Below the pieces are notes generated by a model. It was not told the origin of the DNA. It did no database searches and saw only the letters and a program-made list of their open reading frames with translations. Position numbers and translations under genes: made by a program. DNA of 64,000 nt from an uncultured bacterium (GTDB lineage Bacteria; Patescibacteriota; Patescibacteriia; Magasanikbacterales; UBA922): contig CALMAY010000037.1 of the NCBI GenBank assembly GCA_937861125.1, positions 132,941 through 196,940 on the forward strand, in the 5' to 3' direction. Positions 8,926-16,558 of this stretch are shown piece by piece (the stretch's first letter is position 1; each line of letters starts with the position of its first letter).

Positions 8926-10299
8926 ATGAATAAAAAAATTCTCTTTTTTACAATTCTCACACCACTCGTACTATTTGGTATTGGATGCAAGGGGCTCTCC
9001 GCAGATCAACAGGCTGCTATCAAACCAATTACACTTAATTACTGGACAGTATACAATGATACGGCTCAGCTGCGTGCTTTTGCTGATGCATATACCAAAA
9101 TTCGTCCATATGTAACAATCAATATTCGGCAAGTTCGTTCAGATACATTTGACAATTTATTTGTCACAGCACTTGCTGACAATGTTGCACCAGATATTAC
9201 CTCAATGCATATTCGAGATTTGGCAAAACATCAAGGAAGATTGGATCCAATGCCTAGTAGTGTTCAGGTTGCAACTATGTATGAAAAGGGGAAATATCGC
9301 AAAGAATTGGTGGTTGAACAAGTAACACAAAACATGCCAAGCAAAACTGAGATAACAAAAAATTATATTGGAACGGTCGCACCAGATGTGACTATTGGGG
9401 GCAATGTATACGGGTTACCGCTCGCGGTTGACACATTGGCAGTATATTACAATCGTGGTTTGCTTGATAAAGCTGGTATTCCACAGCCTCCAACGACATG
9501 GGCAGAGTTTCTTGGGGCTGTAGAAAAAACCACAGCGTACAATAGTCGTAGTGAGGTGGTCCAATCAGGAGTGGCGATGGGTACAAGCAATAATATTTCA
9601 AATGCATTTGATATATTTTCTGCGTTACTACTACAAAATAAGGTAGTGATTGCCAAGGGGTCGTCAGTTCAGTTGACAAACGGTCTAGAGCCAAAGACAG
9701 CTGAAAGTCACCCTGTTATTCAGACACTTAATTTTTATACTGATTTCGCACGTCCGACAAAGAAAGTATATAGCTGGAATGCAGACATGAAAGATGCATT
9801 TGAGTCATTTGTTAGTGGTCAGAGTGCATTTTATATCGGATATGCATTTGAATACAAGCGAATGCAGGCACGAGCTCCGCAGATGGTGATTGAGAGCGCT
9901 CCATTGTTTCAGCTCAATGCTGATGACCCACAAAATATAGCAAATTATTGGGTAGAAACAGTAGTAAAAGAAGGGAAAAATAAAGATGAGGCGTGGGATT
10001 TTGTTCGGTTTATGACTTCAGCAGAAAATGTAAAAAAATATACTGAGGCCACAGGGCAACTTAGTCCATATCGTGCACAAATTAGTGAGTTACTCAATGA
10101 TCCGGTACGAGGTCCGTTTGCAACACAGGCACTGGTAGCTCAACATTGGTATCGAGGAAAAGATTTTCCTGCAGCAAAAAAAGCGTTTGATGATTTGATT
10201 ACAGGCTACTTGCGACCATATGCACTAGATGAAAAGCCAATAGAGCGAGATGTACAGCTTGTCAATCGTGCGGCGCAGGTGTTGAGACAGACGTATTGA
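8926..10299 (+). CDS. extracellular solute-binding lipoprotein (ABC-type, family-1-like)
   Basis: MNKKILFFTILTPLVLFGIGC has a lipobox. Size (~457 aa) and overall pattern fit sugar-type SBPs. No permease or ATPase gene is adjacent. Confidence 0.7.
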   Translation: MNKKILFFTILTPLVLFGIGCKGLSADQQAAIKPITLNYWTVYNDTAQLRAFADAYTKIRPYVTINIRQVRSDTFDNLFVTALADNVAPDITSMHIRDLAKHQGRLDPMPSSVQVATMYEKGKYRKELVVEQVTQNMPSKTEITKNYIGTVAPDVTIGGNVYGLPLAVDTLAVYYNRGLLDKAGIPQPPTTWAEFLGAVEKTTAYNSRSEVVQSGVAMGTSNNISNAFDIFSALLLQNKVVIAKGSSVQLTNGLEPKTAESHPVIQTLNFYTDFARPTKKVYSWNADMKDAFESFVSGQSAFYIGYAFEYKRMQARAPQMVIESAPLFQLNADDPQNIANYWVETVVKEGKNKDEAWDFVRFMTSAENVKKYTEATGQLSPYRAQISELLNDPVRGPFATQALVAQHWYRGKDFPAAKKAFDDLITGYLRPYALDEKPIERDVQLVNRAAQVLRQTY

Positions 10300-10314
10300 A
10301 AGAGTCATGATCAC

Positions 10315-10725
10315 ATGATCTTATGATCAAATGATCAGTATGTCACATAAAGAGTTTTATGAATTAAGTATTTGGAAGAATGGGTATACTTTACTCATGT
10401 CTGTGTATGATTGTATAGAGGTATTTCCTTATAAAGAACGCTTTGCACTTGCAGACCAACTTTGTCGTTCGGCAAATTCAATTATTGCAAATATTGCGGA
10501 ATCCAGTGGTCGTTATTCATATGCAGACAAAGTTCGGGTGCTGTATATATCGCGAGGGGAAATATCTGAGACACGAAGTCATTTGTCTGTTGCACTGGGA
10601 AGAAAGTACATATCAAAAGAAACATTTTCAAAGCTCAATGATGTATATAAACAACTTATCAAAGAATTAAATTTGTATATCAATACGTTATCAAAGTATA
10701 AGTGATCATTTGATCATAAGATCAT
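10315..10725. repeat. perfect 23-bp inverted repeat bracketing the four-helix-bundle gene
   Basis: ATGATCTTATGATCAAATGATCA (10315-10337) is the exact reverse complement of TGATCATTTGATCATAAGATCAT (10703-10725). The arms overlap the start and stop codons, and each contains three GATC. Confidence 0.9.
10331..10705 (+). CDS. four-helix-bundle protein (23S rRNA intervening-sequence protein family)
   Basis: YELSIWKNGYTLLMSVY...FPYKERFALADQLCRSANSIIANIAESSGR...SRGEISETRSHL matches the family pattern as I remember it. The start may be ATG 10340. Confidence 0.8.
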   Translation: MISMSHKEFYELSIWKNGYTLLMSVYDCIEVFPYKERFALADQLCRSANSIIANIAESSGRYSYADKVRVLYISRGEISETRSHLSVALGRKYISKETFSKLNDVYKQLIKELNLYINTLSKYK

Positions 10726-10768
10726 TTGACCTTTCTCTCACCCGTGGTATACTATCAACGTAAAAAAT

Positions 10769-11431
10769 ATGACTTTGTCCAAAAAACAAACATATAGCAT
10801 CGCAACAGTACTTGTTTTAGGTTGTTGCGTTTTGTTTTTTGTGCCGAGTGTTGTTGATGCTGCTGGGTTGATCAATACGAGTGGATGCGAGGTGCCAGGG
10901 GCAGATACAGGTGGGCAGTGTAGAAACATTGAACTTTTGCTTATCCAAGCTATTTCTCTTATTGAATATCTCTTTGGTATTATTGGAACGCTTGCGTTTG
11001 CGATGTTTATCTACGGTGGTCTCAAGATGATTTTGGCATTTGGGAGCGAGGATAAGTTTGGTGAGGGTAAAGAAGCAATGGTAAATGCTGTTATAGGGAT
11101 GATTATTGCCTTTAGTGCGTATATTTTGGTCAATTTTGTGTTGGATGTGTTGGGCGTCAAGAATGATTTCCGTGCAGTTGGCGGTAGTTCTCAAGTACAA
11201 GAAGATGCTGGCATAGCCAGCTCGGGCCAATGTGACACGAGTAATGACTGTGGTAATCCTCAATTAGTTTGTAGAGACCATGCGTGTGTCGACGCCTGTG
11301 GTGGAGTACCTGGACAGTGTGGAGAGTGGGACTCGACGAGTTGTTCTGGACCATCCAGTACTATACAGTCAGGTTTTTGTCCAATTCCAGATGGAAATAC
11401 TAATTGGAAATGCTGCACCTCAGCTCCATAA
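10769..11431 (+). CDS. secreted two-TM pilin-like protein, family member 2/11, with Cys-rich C-terminal module
   Basis: Signal peptide ending VVDA, core MFIYGGLKMILAFGSEDKFGEGKEAMVNAVIGMIIAFSAYILV, then a tail with 10 Cys in ~68 aa. Confidence 0.6.
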   Translation: MTLSKKQTYSIATVLVLGCCVLFFVPSVVDAAGLINTSGCEVPGADTGGQCRNIELLLIQAISLIEYLFGIIGTLAFAMFIYGGLKMILAFGSEDKFGEGKEAMVNAVIGMIIAFSAYILVNFVLDVLGVKNDFRAVGGSSQVQEDAGIASSGQCDTSNDCGNPQLVCRDHACVDACGGVPGQCGEWDSTSCSGPSSTIQSGFCPIPDGNTNWKCCTSAP

Positions 11432-11433
11432 AT

Positions 11434-12165
11434 ATGAAAAAAACACTTTTGTTTAGCGTCATTTCATTTATATTTTTTCTGTCTACTACGCAGGGGGTGC
11501 TTGGCGTGGATCAATGCAGCTGTACCGTTCAATTCAATGTGGGTACGTATGATTGTGAAGCAACCTCTGTATTTGCCATTGGTAATACGCCATCAAACAA
11601 TATAGCCGGTGTAATTGGCTGGGTTTTGGTACAAGGACAGACATGTGTGCCCGCACCGAGAGACAGCCTGTTCCAGATAAATGATTTGGATAGATTACTT
11701 AATAAGTTGACAGCACCCATTGCGACTACGCCGCTCTCTAGTGAGAGTCTGTGTCAAAATTTGTGCGATTTAGGCAATGATTGTGATGATAGCGGTGCTT
11801 GGCGTACGCGTGTTCGGTGTGAGTATATAGCTGGTGTAGCTCCTCCAACTTCTTCTGCATTGGCTCCAGTTTTTGTTCCTCCGCCTAGTATTCCACTCAT
11901 CAATCCACTCACGGGTACGACGAGTTCAGAAAGTATTCCTGACTTTGTGGGTAATATTATTGAACGTGTATTGGGTATCCTTGGGAGTATCTCTCTTGTT
12001 GTTTTTATGTATGGCGCCTTTAAATGGATCACCTCTGAGGGCGAGTCAGACGATATTGCGGAGGGGACCCATACAATGGCCTACGCGGCGATCGGTATAT
12101 TGGTTATCTTTGCATCCTATGGTATACTATCAAGCGTGATTGGTGGGATAACACGTGGCGGATGA
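11434..12165 (+). CDS. secreted two-TM pilin-like protein, family member 3/11
   Basis: ATG 11434 (MKKTLLFSVISFIFFLSTTQG) follows the upstream stop by 2 nt. It has a Cys-rich N-terminal ectodomain and the core VFMYGAFKWITSEGESDDIAEGTHTMAYAAIGILVIFASYGIL. Confidence 0.6.
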   Translation: MKKTLLFSVISFIFFLSTTQGVLGVDQCSCTVQFNVGTYDCEATSVFAIGNTPSNNIAGVIGWVLVQGQTCVPAPRDSLFQINDLDRLLNKLTAPIATTPLSSESLCQNLCDLGNDCDDSGAWRTRVRCEYIAGVAPPTSSALAPVFVPPPSIPLINPLTGTTSSESIPDFVGNIIERVLGILGSISLVVFMYGAFKWITSEGESDDIAEGTHTMAYAAIGILVIFASYGILSSVIGGITRGG

Positions 12166-12381
12166 TTTTTTTTAAAAATTATGCGAAAATGAAGCAAAAA
12201 TAAAACGGAAATCATTACCAAATATTTGTATCATTTTTGATTAATTTTCGTCAATTTCATATGACGTTGGTCACTAGATGAATGTCTCTAGAAAGAACGT
12301 ACTAGAAACACTCATCCTATGATCAAACATAGGAATGCGACGTCGCATTTTACTTCTTTTGAAGAAAGGTAGGTGAAAACT

Positions 12382-12846
12382 ATGACACAAACAATTTCAC
12401 TTTTTGTTTTGAAAAACAAAACTTTGTTGGCAGTTCTTACTGCAGTTGTATTGGCTATGACTTTTGTAGCTCCTACATTCGCTTTTGATGAGACAGATCC
12501 AGGAGATACTCTTGGTTTAGCAGATCTCACAGAACATGGCGTTGCTGGAACCGATGGTACGGGTATTCAGCTTGGTACGACCAAACTTGAGTCAACTATT
12601 GCCTCTTTGATCAACACATTTATCGGATTGCTCGGTATCGTTGCTGTGATTATCATCCTTATCGGTGGTTTCCAATGGATGACTGCTGGTGGAGATGATG
12701 AAAAGATTGGTGGCGCAAAGAAGATGATCTATGCTGGTGTAGCCGGCCTCGCAGTTATCTTGGCAGCGTATGCTATCGCATCATTTATCATCGAACAACT
12801 TACAACTGCTACTGGATTTGACAGTGGCAGTGGCACTACGCCTTAA
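12382..12846 (+). CDS. secreted two-TM pilin-like protein, family member 4/11 (short form; candidate major subunit)
   Basis: AGGTAGG lies ~10 nt upstream of ATG 12382 (GTG 12373 is an alternative start). Signal peptide ends TFA. Core IILIGGFQWMTAGGDDEKIGGAKKMIYAGVAGLAVILAAYAIA. The gene has its own leader and terminator. Confidence 0.6.
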   Translation: MTQTISLFVLKNKTLLAVLTAVVLAMTFVAPTFAFDETDPGDTLGLADLTEHGVAGTDGTGIQLGTTKLESTIASLINTFIGLLGIVAVIIILIGGFQWMTAGGDDEKIGGAKKMIYAGVAGLAVILAAYAIASFIIEQLTTATGFDSGSGTTP

Positions 12847-12865
12847 TAATGGTAGATTATATTAT

Positions 12866-12899
12866 TTTTTGTGGGGTGGGGAAACTCACCCTACAAAAA
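12866..12899 (+). terminator. strong hairpin terminator after pilin-like gene 4
   Basis: TTTTTGTGGGGTG pairs with TCACCCTACAAAAA (13-14 bp including G:U), 20 nt after the stop. Confidence 0.6.
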
Positions 12900-12953
12900 G
12901 TATATTGTGAACAGTGATAAGAAATTTTTTATCAGTTTTCATAATATATTTCT

Positions 12954-13358
12954 ATGAATTTGTTCTCTTTTCCTCGATTTATTGTTCCTTTTTTTGCTGG
13001 GCTATGTTTGCTTCAGTCTATATTTTTGTTTTCGCCAGTACAGGCAGCGTGTGATGGATATGACCCAAATGATCCGTATGGTCTGGATTGTGGCGAAGGG
13101 ACCAATCTTACAGATAAAGATGCACGAGACGTGGTGGCAAATCTTATCAATGTAGTATTACAAATTACTGGGATCATTTTGGTTTTGTATATTATCTATG
13201 CCGGGTATCTATGGATGACAGCGGCTGGCGATGATGAGCAGATTGGTAAAGCGAAGTCTATTGTGAGTGCTTGTGTGATGGGACTCATGCTCGTGTTGGC
13301 ATCGTACTCTATTGCAAGTTTTGTAATTGAAAAATTACGGAGTGCTACAGGGACATAA
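12954..13358 (+). CDS. secreted two-TM pilin-like protein, family member 5/11
   Basis: Signal peptide ending PVQA; core YIIYAGYLWMTAAGDDEQIGKAKSIVSACVMGLMLVLASYSIA. Confidence 0.6.
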   Translation: MNLFSFPRFIVPFFAGLCLLQSIFLFSPVQAACDGYDPNDPYGLDCGEGTNLTDKDARDVVANLINVVLQITGIILVLYIIYAGYLWMTAAGDDEQIGKAKSIVSACVMGLMLVLASYSIASFVIEKLRSATGT

Positions 13359-13369
13359 TTATATATATT

Positions 13370-13945
13370 ATGAAAAAATTTCTTGCTTGTCTTTCTATCG
13401 CATTTGTACTTATTACTCCAGTATTTGCGCAAGATTATGGACTAGGTGCTACGGCTGATGCTGCCAATCTCAGAGGTGAGAGTAACCCAACCGTAATACT
13501 GGGTAAAATAATTGGTGCAGGACTCTCATTGATAGGTATCGTCTTTTTTGTCTTGACTCTGTATGCTGGTATTACATGGATGGTAGCACGCGGAAATGAA
13601 GAGAGTGCAAAAAAAGCGATTAATACCATCATTGCCGCGGCGATTGGTATGATTATTACTATGTCTGCTTATGCGATTACGAGCTTTATCCTCGAGGCGG
13701 CAAATCAAAGTGCGTTGGGTAGTGGGTCAATACCACAGCCACAAAATAATATATACACAGGATGTCAGTGTTATAGAGTTGACCCACCTGGATCTAATTT
13801 TGGAAGTTGTAATAATGATAGTACTATTCAAAATTTGAATGACTGTAAGCAAATGTGTTCAGGTCTAGATATTCAAGAGCAAATACCAGGCGGAGTTCAG
13901 GGGACAACACAGAGAGTAACATTGGATGGAAAATTGTGTGGATAG
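13370..13945 (+). CDS. secreted two-TM pilin-like protein, family member 6/11, Cys-containing C-terminal module
   Basis: Signal peptide MKKFLACLSIAFVLITPVFA; core LTLYAGITWMVARGNEESAKKAINTIIAAAIGMIITMSAYAIT; tail CQCYRV...SCNND...DCKQMC...LCG. Confidence 0.6.
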   Translation: MKKFLACLSIAFVLITPVFAQDYGLGATADAANLRGESNPTVILGKIIGAGLSLIGIVFFVLTLYAGITWMVARGNEESAKKAINTIIAAAIGMIITMSAYAITSFILEAANQSALGSGSIPQPQNNIYTGCQCYRVDPPGSNFGSCNNDSTIQNLNDCKQMCSGLDIQEQIPGGVQGTTQRVTLDGKLCG

Positions 13946-13953
13946 ACAAAATT

Positions 13954-14631
13954 ATGTATAGAAAAAATAAAATGAAATTAAATAAAAAATATCATAATTT
14001 AGTGTTAATTTTCTGTATTAGTATTTTTTATTTTATTCCTCAATTTGTATCTGCTCAAACCGCAGGTGACATCGCAAAAAATACATTGCAACAGGGTTTT
14101 GTTCAAAACACAGGGGTTGTACAGGGGAATTTGGGTATTACGATTTCAAGTATTGTTACTATCTTGTTGAGTTTTTTGGGTATTATTTTTTTTATCCTTG
14201 CGGTATATGCTGGGTACATCTGGACGACTGCTGAAGGGGATGAAGGCAAGATAGGTGAGGCAAAACAAACGATCATTCGTGCATCACTTGGGTTTTTTGT
14301 CGTCATTTCATCGTATGCATTGTCCTCTTTTATTACTACTCAGTTTGCTGAGCAAGCGAATGTGCCTGGAAATGGTAATGATACACCGCTTACACCAGGC
14401 CCTCTTGGCTGTTGTCTAGATAAAGTGAGTGCAACTGGTAGACCCGGTCCAGACGGTTTGGGAGTATGGACTGATCGGTTTGCTACGCAAGATGAATGTT
14501 CTCGGGTAGGTAATGATCCAAACGATCCAGGAGATGTGCGATATGGCGACGGGACATGGCAATGGCGAGCAGATATTACCCCAGATAATGGAGGCGAACC
14601 AGCGTGTGAGGAAGCACGGAGAGCAAAATAA
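13954..14631 (+). CDS. secreted two-TM pilin-like protein, family member 7/11, C-terminal module
   Basis: ATG 13954 (or 13972) lies after the upstream stop. Signal peptide ends FVSA. Core LAVYAGYIWTTAEGDEGKIGEAKQTIIRASLGFFVVISSYALS. Tail GCCLDK...DECSRVGNDPNDPG...ACEE. Confidence 0.55.
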   Translation: MYRKNKMKLNKKYHNLVLIFCISIFYFIPQFVSAQTAGDIAKNTLQQGFVQNTGVVQGNLGITISSIVTILLSFLGIIFFILAVYAGYIWTTAEGDEGKIGEAKQTIIRASLGFFVVISSYALSSFITTQFAEQANVPGNGNDTPLTPGPLGCCLDKVSATGRPGPDGLGVWTDRFATQDECSRVGNDPNDPGDVRYGDGTWQWRADITPDNGGEPACEEARRAK

Positions 14632-14654
14632 TTTGGTAAACTAATTTGTTTGAT

Positions 14655-15047
14655 ATGAAATCATTTTTTTTATGGAGTATTGGTGGGATAATGGGGATGT
14701 TTTGCTTCTGTCTTTTTTTTGTACCAATTGTGTCTGCTGAAATAGGCAATTTGTCTAGTGCTGACAATTTGTTACAAGATGCTGGTAGAGATACAGGCAT
14801 TGGTCAGGGATCTGAATTGGGTAGTCTACCAAATGCCATCGCAGCAGCACTTCGATTTATTTTGTCAATTCTAGGCACACTGATGTTTGGGTATATGGTG
14901 TATGCTGGGTATCTATGGATGACAGCGCAGGGTGATGAGGGTGCCATTGGTCATGCCAAAGGCATTATGGTCAATACGGTCATTGGTTTTCTCGTTGTGG
15001 TGAGTGCGTGGGCAATTACCTATCTTGTTCAATCACGTTTTCAATAA
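14655..15047 (+). CDS. secreted two-TM pilin-like protein, family member 8/11
   Basis: ATG 14655; signal peptide ending IVSA; core YMVYAGYLWMTAQGDEGAIGHAKGIMVNTVIGFLVVVSAWAIT. Confidence 0.6.
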   Translation: MKSFFLWSIGGIMGMFCFCLFFVPIVSAEIGNLSSADNLLQDAGRDTGIGQGSELGSLPNAIAAALRFILSILGTLMFGYMVYAGYLWMTAQGDEGAIGHAKGIMVNTVIGFLVVVSAWAITYLVQSRFQ

Positions 15048-15052
15048 AAGGT

Positions 15053-15442
15053 ATGAATACTATTAAAACATTTTTCACCTCTCTTATTGTTTGTACTATT
15101 GCTTTTGTTGGGTTTTTGGAGCCCACGTATGCCGTGCTTAATACAGGTATTGGTGGGGATGGTATAGCAGGGCAGGCGGCTGCGGGTGCAGGGTATAGTC
15201 AGACCGATGAGTTTACGTTGTCGATGATTATTGGGTTGGTGGTACAATTCGTCTTTGGGTTTTTTGGAGTACTTTTTACTTTACTCACTGTGTATGCTGG
15301 GTTCAACTGGATGACTGCTCAGGGTGATAGTGGAAAGGTGGAAACAGCACAAAATACTATTCAGCAGGCAATTATTGGTATGATTATTTGTTTTTCTGGA
15401 TATGGTATTTCCAATTTTGTTCTCAATGCGTTTTTTGGTTAA
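15053..15442 (+). CDS. secreted two-TM pilin-like protein, family member 9/11
   Basis: ATG 15053 (MNTIKTFFTSLIVCTIAFVG); core LTVYAGFNWMTAQGDSGKVETAQNTIQQAIIGMIICFSGYGIS. Confidence 0.6.
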   Translation: MNTIKTFFTSLIVCTIAFVGFLEPTYAVLNTGIGGDGIAGQAAAGAGYSQTDEFTLSMIIGLVVQFVFGFFGVLFTLLTVYAGFNWMTAQGDSGKVETAQNTIQQAIIGMIICFSGYGISNFVLNAFFG

Positions 15443-15446
15443 AACT

Positions 15447-15947
15447 ATGATGTATCGTTTATATATCATTGGTGTTAGTACTTTCTTTGTTTTTTTTGGA
15501 ATGTCTTTTTGTGTACAGGACGTATTAGCACAGAAAATAATTACTGGTACTAGTAGTGTCGATGCGGTTAGACAATTAAATAGTGCTGGAGTACTAAATT
15601 CAAGTGCAAGTACAACGCTTGCGCAAGATCCACGTGTGACAGCAGCGATTGCGGTTCGATATTTTCTTTCTTTACTCGGTACAATTTTGCTTATTCTTAT
15701 TGTCATGTCTGGGTACTGGTATTTTACCGCACGTGGTGATGACGAAAAGATTACGCGCGCACAGACGACGATCAAACAGGCATTGATGGGGATGGTGCTT
15801 ATTTTGACTGCATATGCGATTGCTACATATACAATCAATAGTCTTTCATCCACTCTCAAAAAAGGGGATCAAGATGGGGTGCGTGATGAGTTGAGATTTG
15901 ATCCAGATGTGCGTGATGTGGGTGATCTATCTATCCCGAATTTTTGA
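15447..15947 (+). CDS. secreted two-TM pilin-like protein, family member 10/11
   Basis: ATG 15447 (MMYRLYIIGVSTFFVFFGMSFC); core LIVMSGYWYFTARGDDEKITRAQTTIKQALMGMVLILTAYAIA. Confidence 0.6.
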   Translation: MMYRLYIIGVSTFFVFFGMSFCVQDVLAQKIITGTSSVDAVRQLNSAGVLNSSASTTLAQDPRVTAAIAVRYFLSLLGTILLILIVMSGYWYFTARGDDEKITRAQTTIKQALMGMVLILTAYAIATYTINSLSSTLKKGDQDGVRDELRFDPDVRDVGDLSIPNF

Positions 15948-15955
15948 TTAACAGT

Positions 15956-16558
15956 ATGTTTTATTTTTTTGGCAAAAAGATAAATATAGTATATGCGATC
16001 GTATTGGTTATATTTGGTGTATCTTTTTTCTCTCAGCCAATAATTGTTATTGCGGAAGACGCTCCGTCTCAGCAAGCAATGATTTTTCAACAAAATAATG
16101 CATTTGCAGAGAGTTCTGGGCTTGATGAGATAGATAGTGATCCTAGATTGCTTGTCGCACTTGTCATTCAGGTTGTGTCAAGTGTCCTTGGTATCGCACT
16201 CGTCTGTTATGGCGTATATGGTGGATATATAATGATGCTTGCCAATGGTGATAGTGAGCAAATATCAATGGGAAAGAAGGCGGTGACTCGTGCAATTATA
16301 GGGAGTGTTATTATTGTGTCAGCATATTCAGTCTCGCGGTTTGTTGGGTCCACACTTCAGCGCAATGTGCTGCCAAACGCAGCAAATGGTGGTTTTACTT
16401 CACCACAAGGAAATGGTGAACCACAGCTTAATGATCCATTTTATGAACGGGATGATACTTTTTGTACTGGTATCACATGTGAGGAGAATGGTATTAGTGG
16501 TACGATTTTTCCTGACACGCCTGACAATGGAAGTGGGTGGACTATTGAAGTAAACTAG
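15956..16558 (+). CDS. secreted two-TM pilin-like protein, family member 11/11
   Basis: ATG 15956; signal peptide ending VIA; core CYGVYGGYIMMLANGDSEQISMGKKAVTRAIIGSVIIVSAYSVS; C-terminal tail with CTGITCEE. Confidence 0.55.
   Translation: MFYFFGKKINIVYAIVLVIFGVSFFSQPIIVIAEDAPSQQAMIFQQNNAFAESSGLDEIDSDPRLLVALVIQVVSSVLGIALVCYGVYGGYIMMLANGDSEQISMGKKAVTRAIIGSVIIVSAYSVSRFVGSTLQRNVLPNAANGGFTSPQGNGEPQLNDPFYERDDTFCTGITCEENGISGTIFPDTPDNGSGWTIEVN

Noticed and set aside
15281-15859. 192-aa minus-strand ORF across paralogs 9-10
   Set aside because: It spans the boundary of two well-supported + strand genes. It is an antisense shadow.
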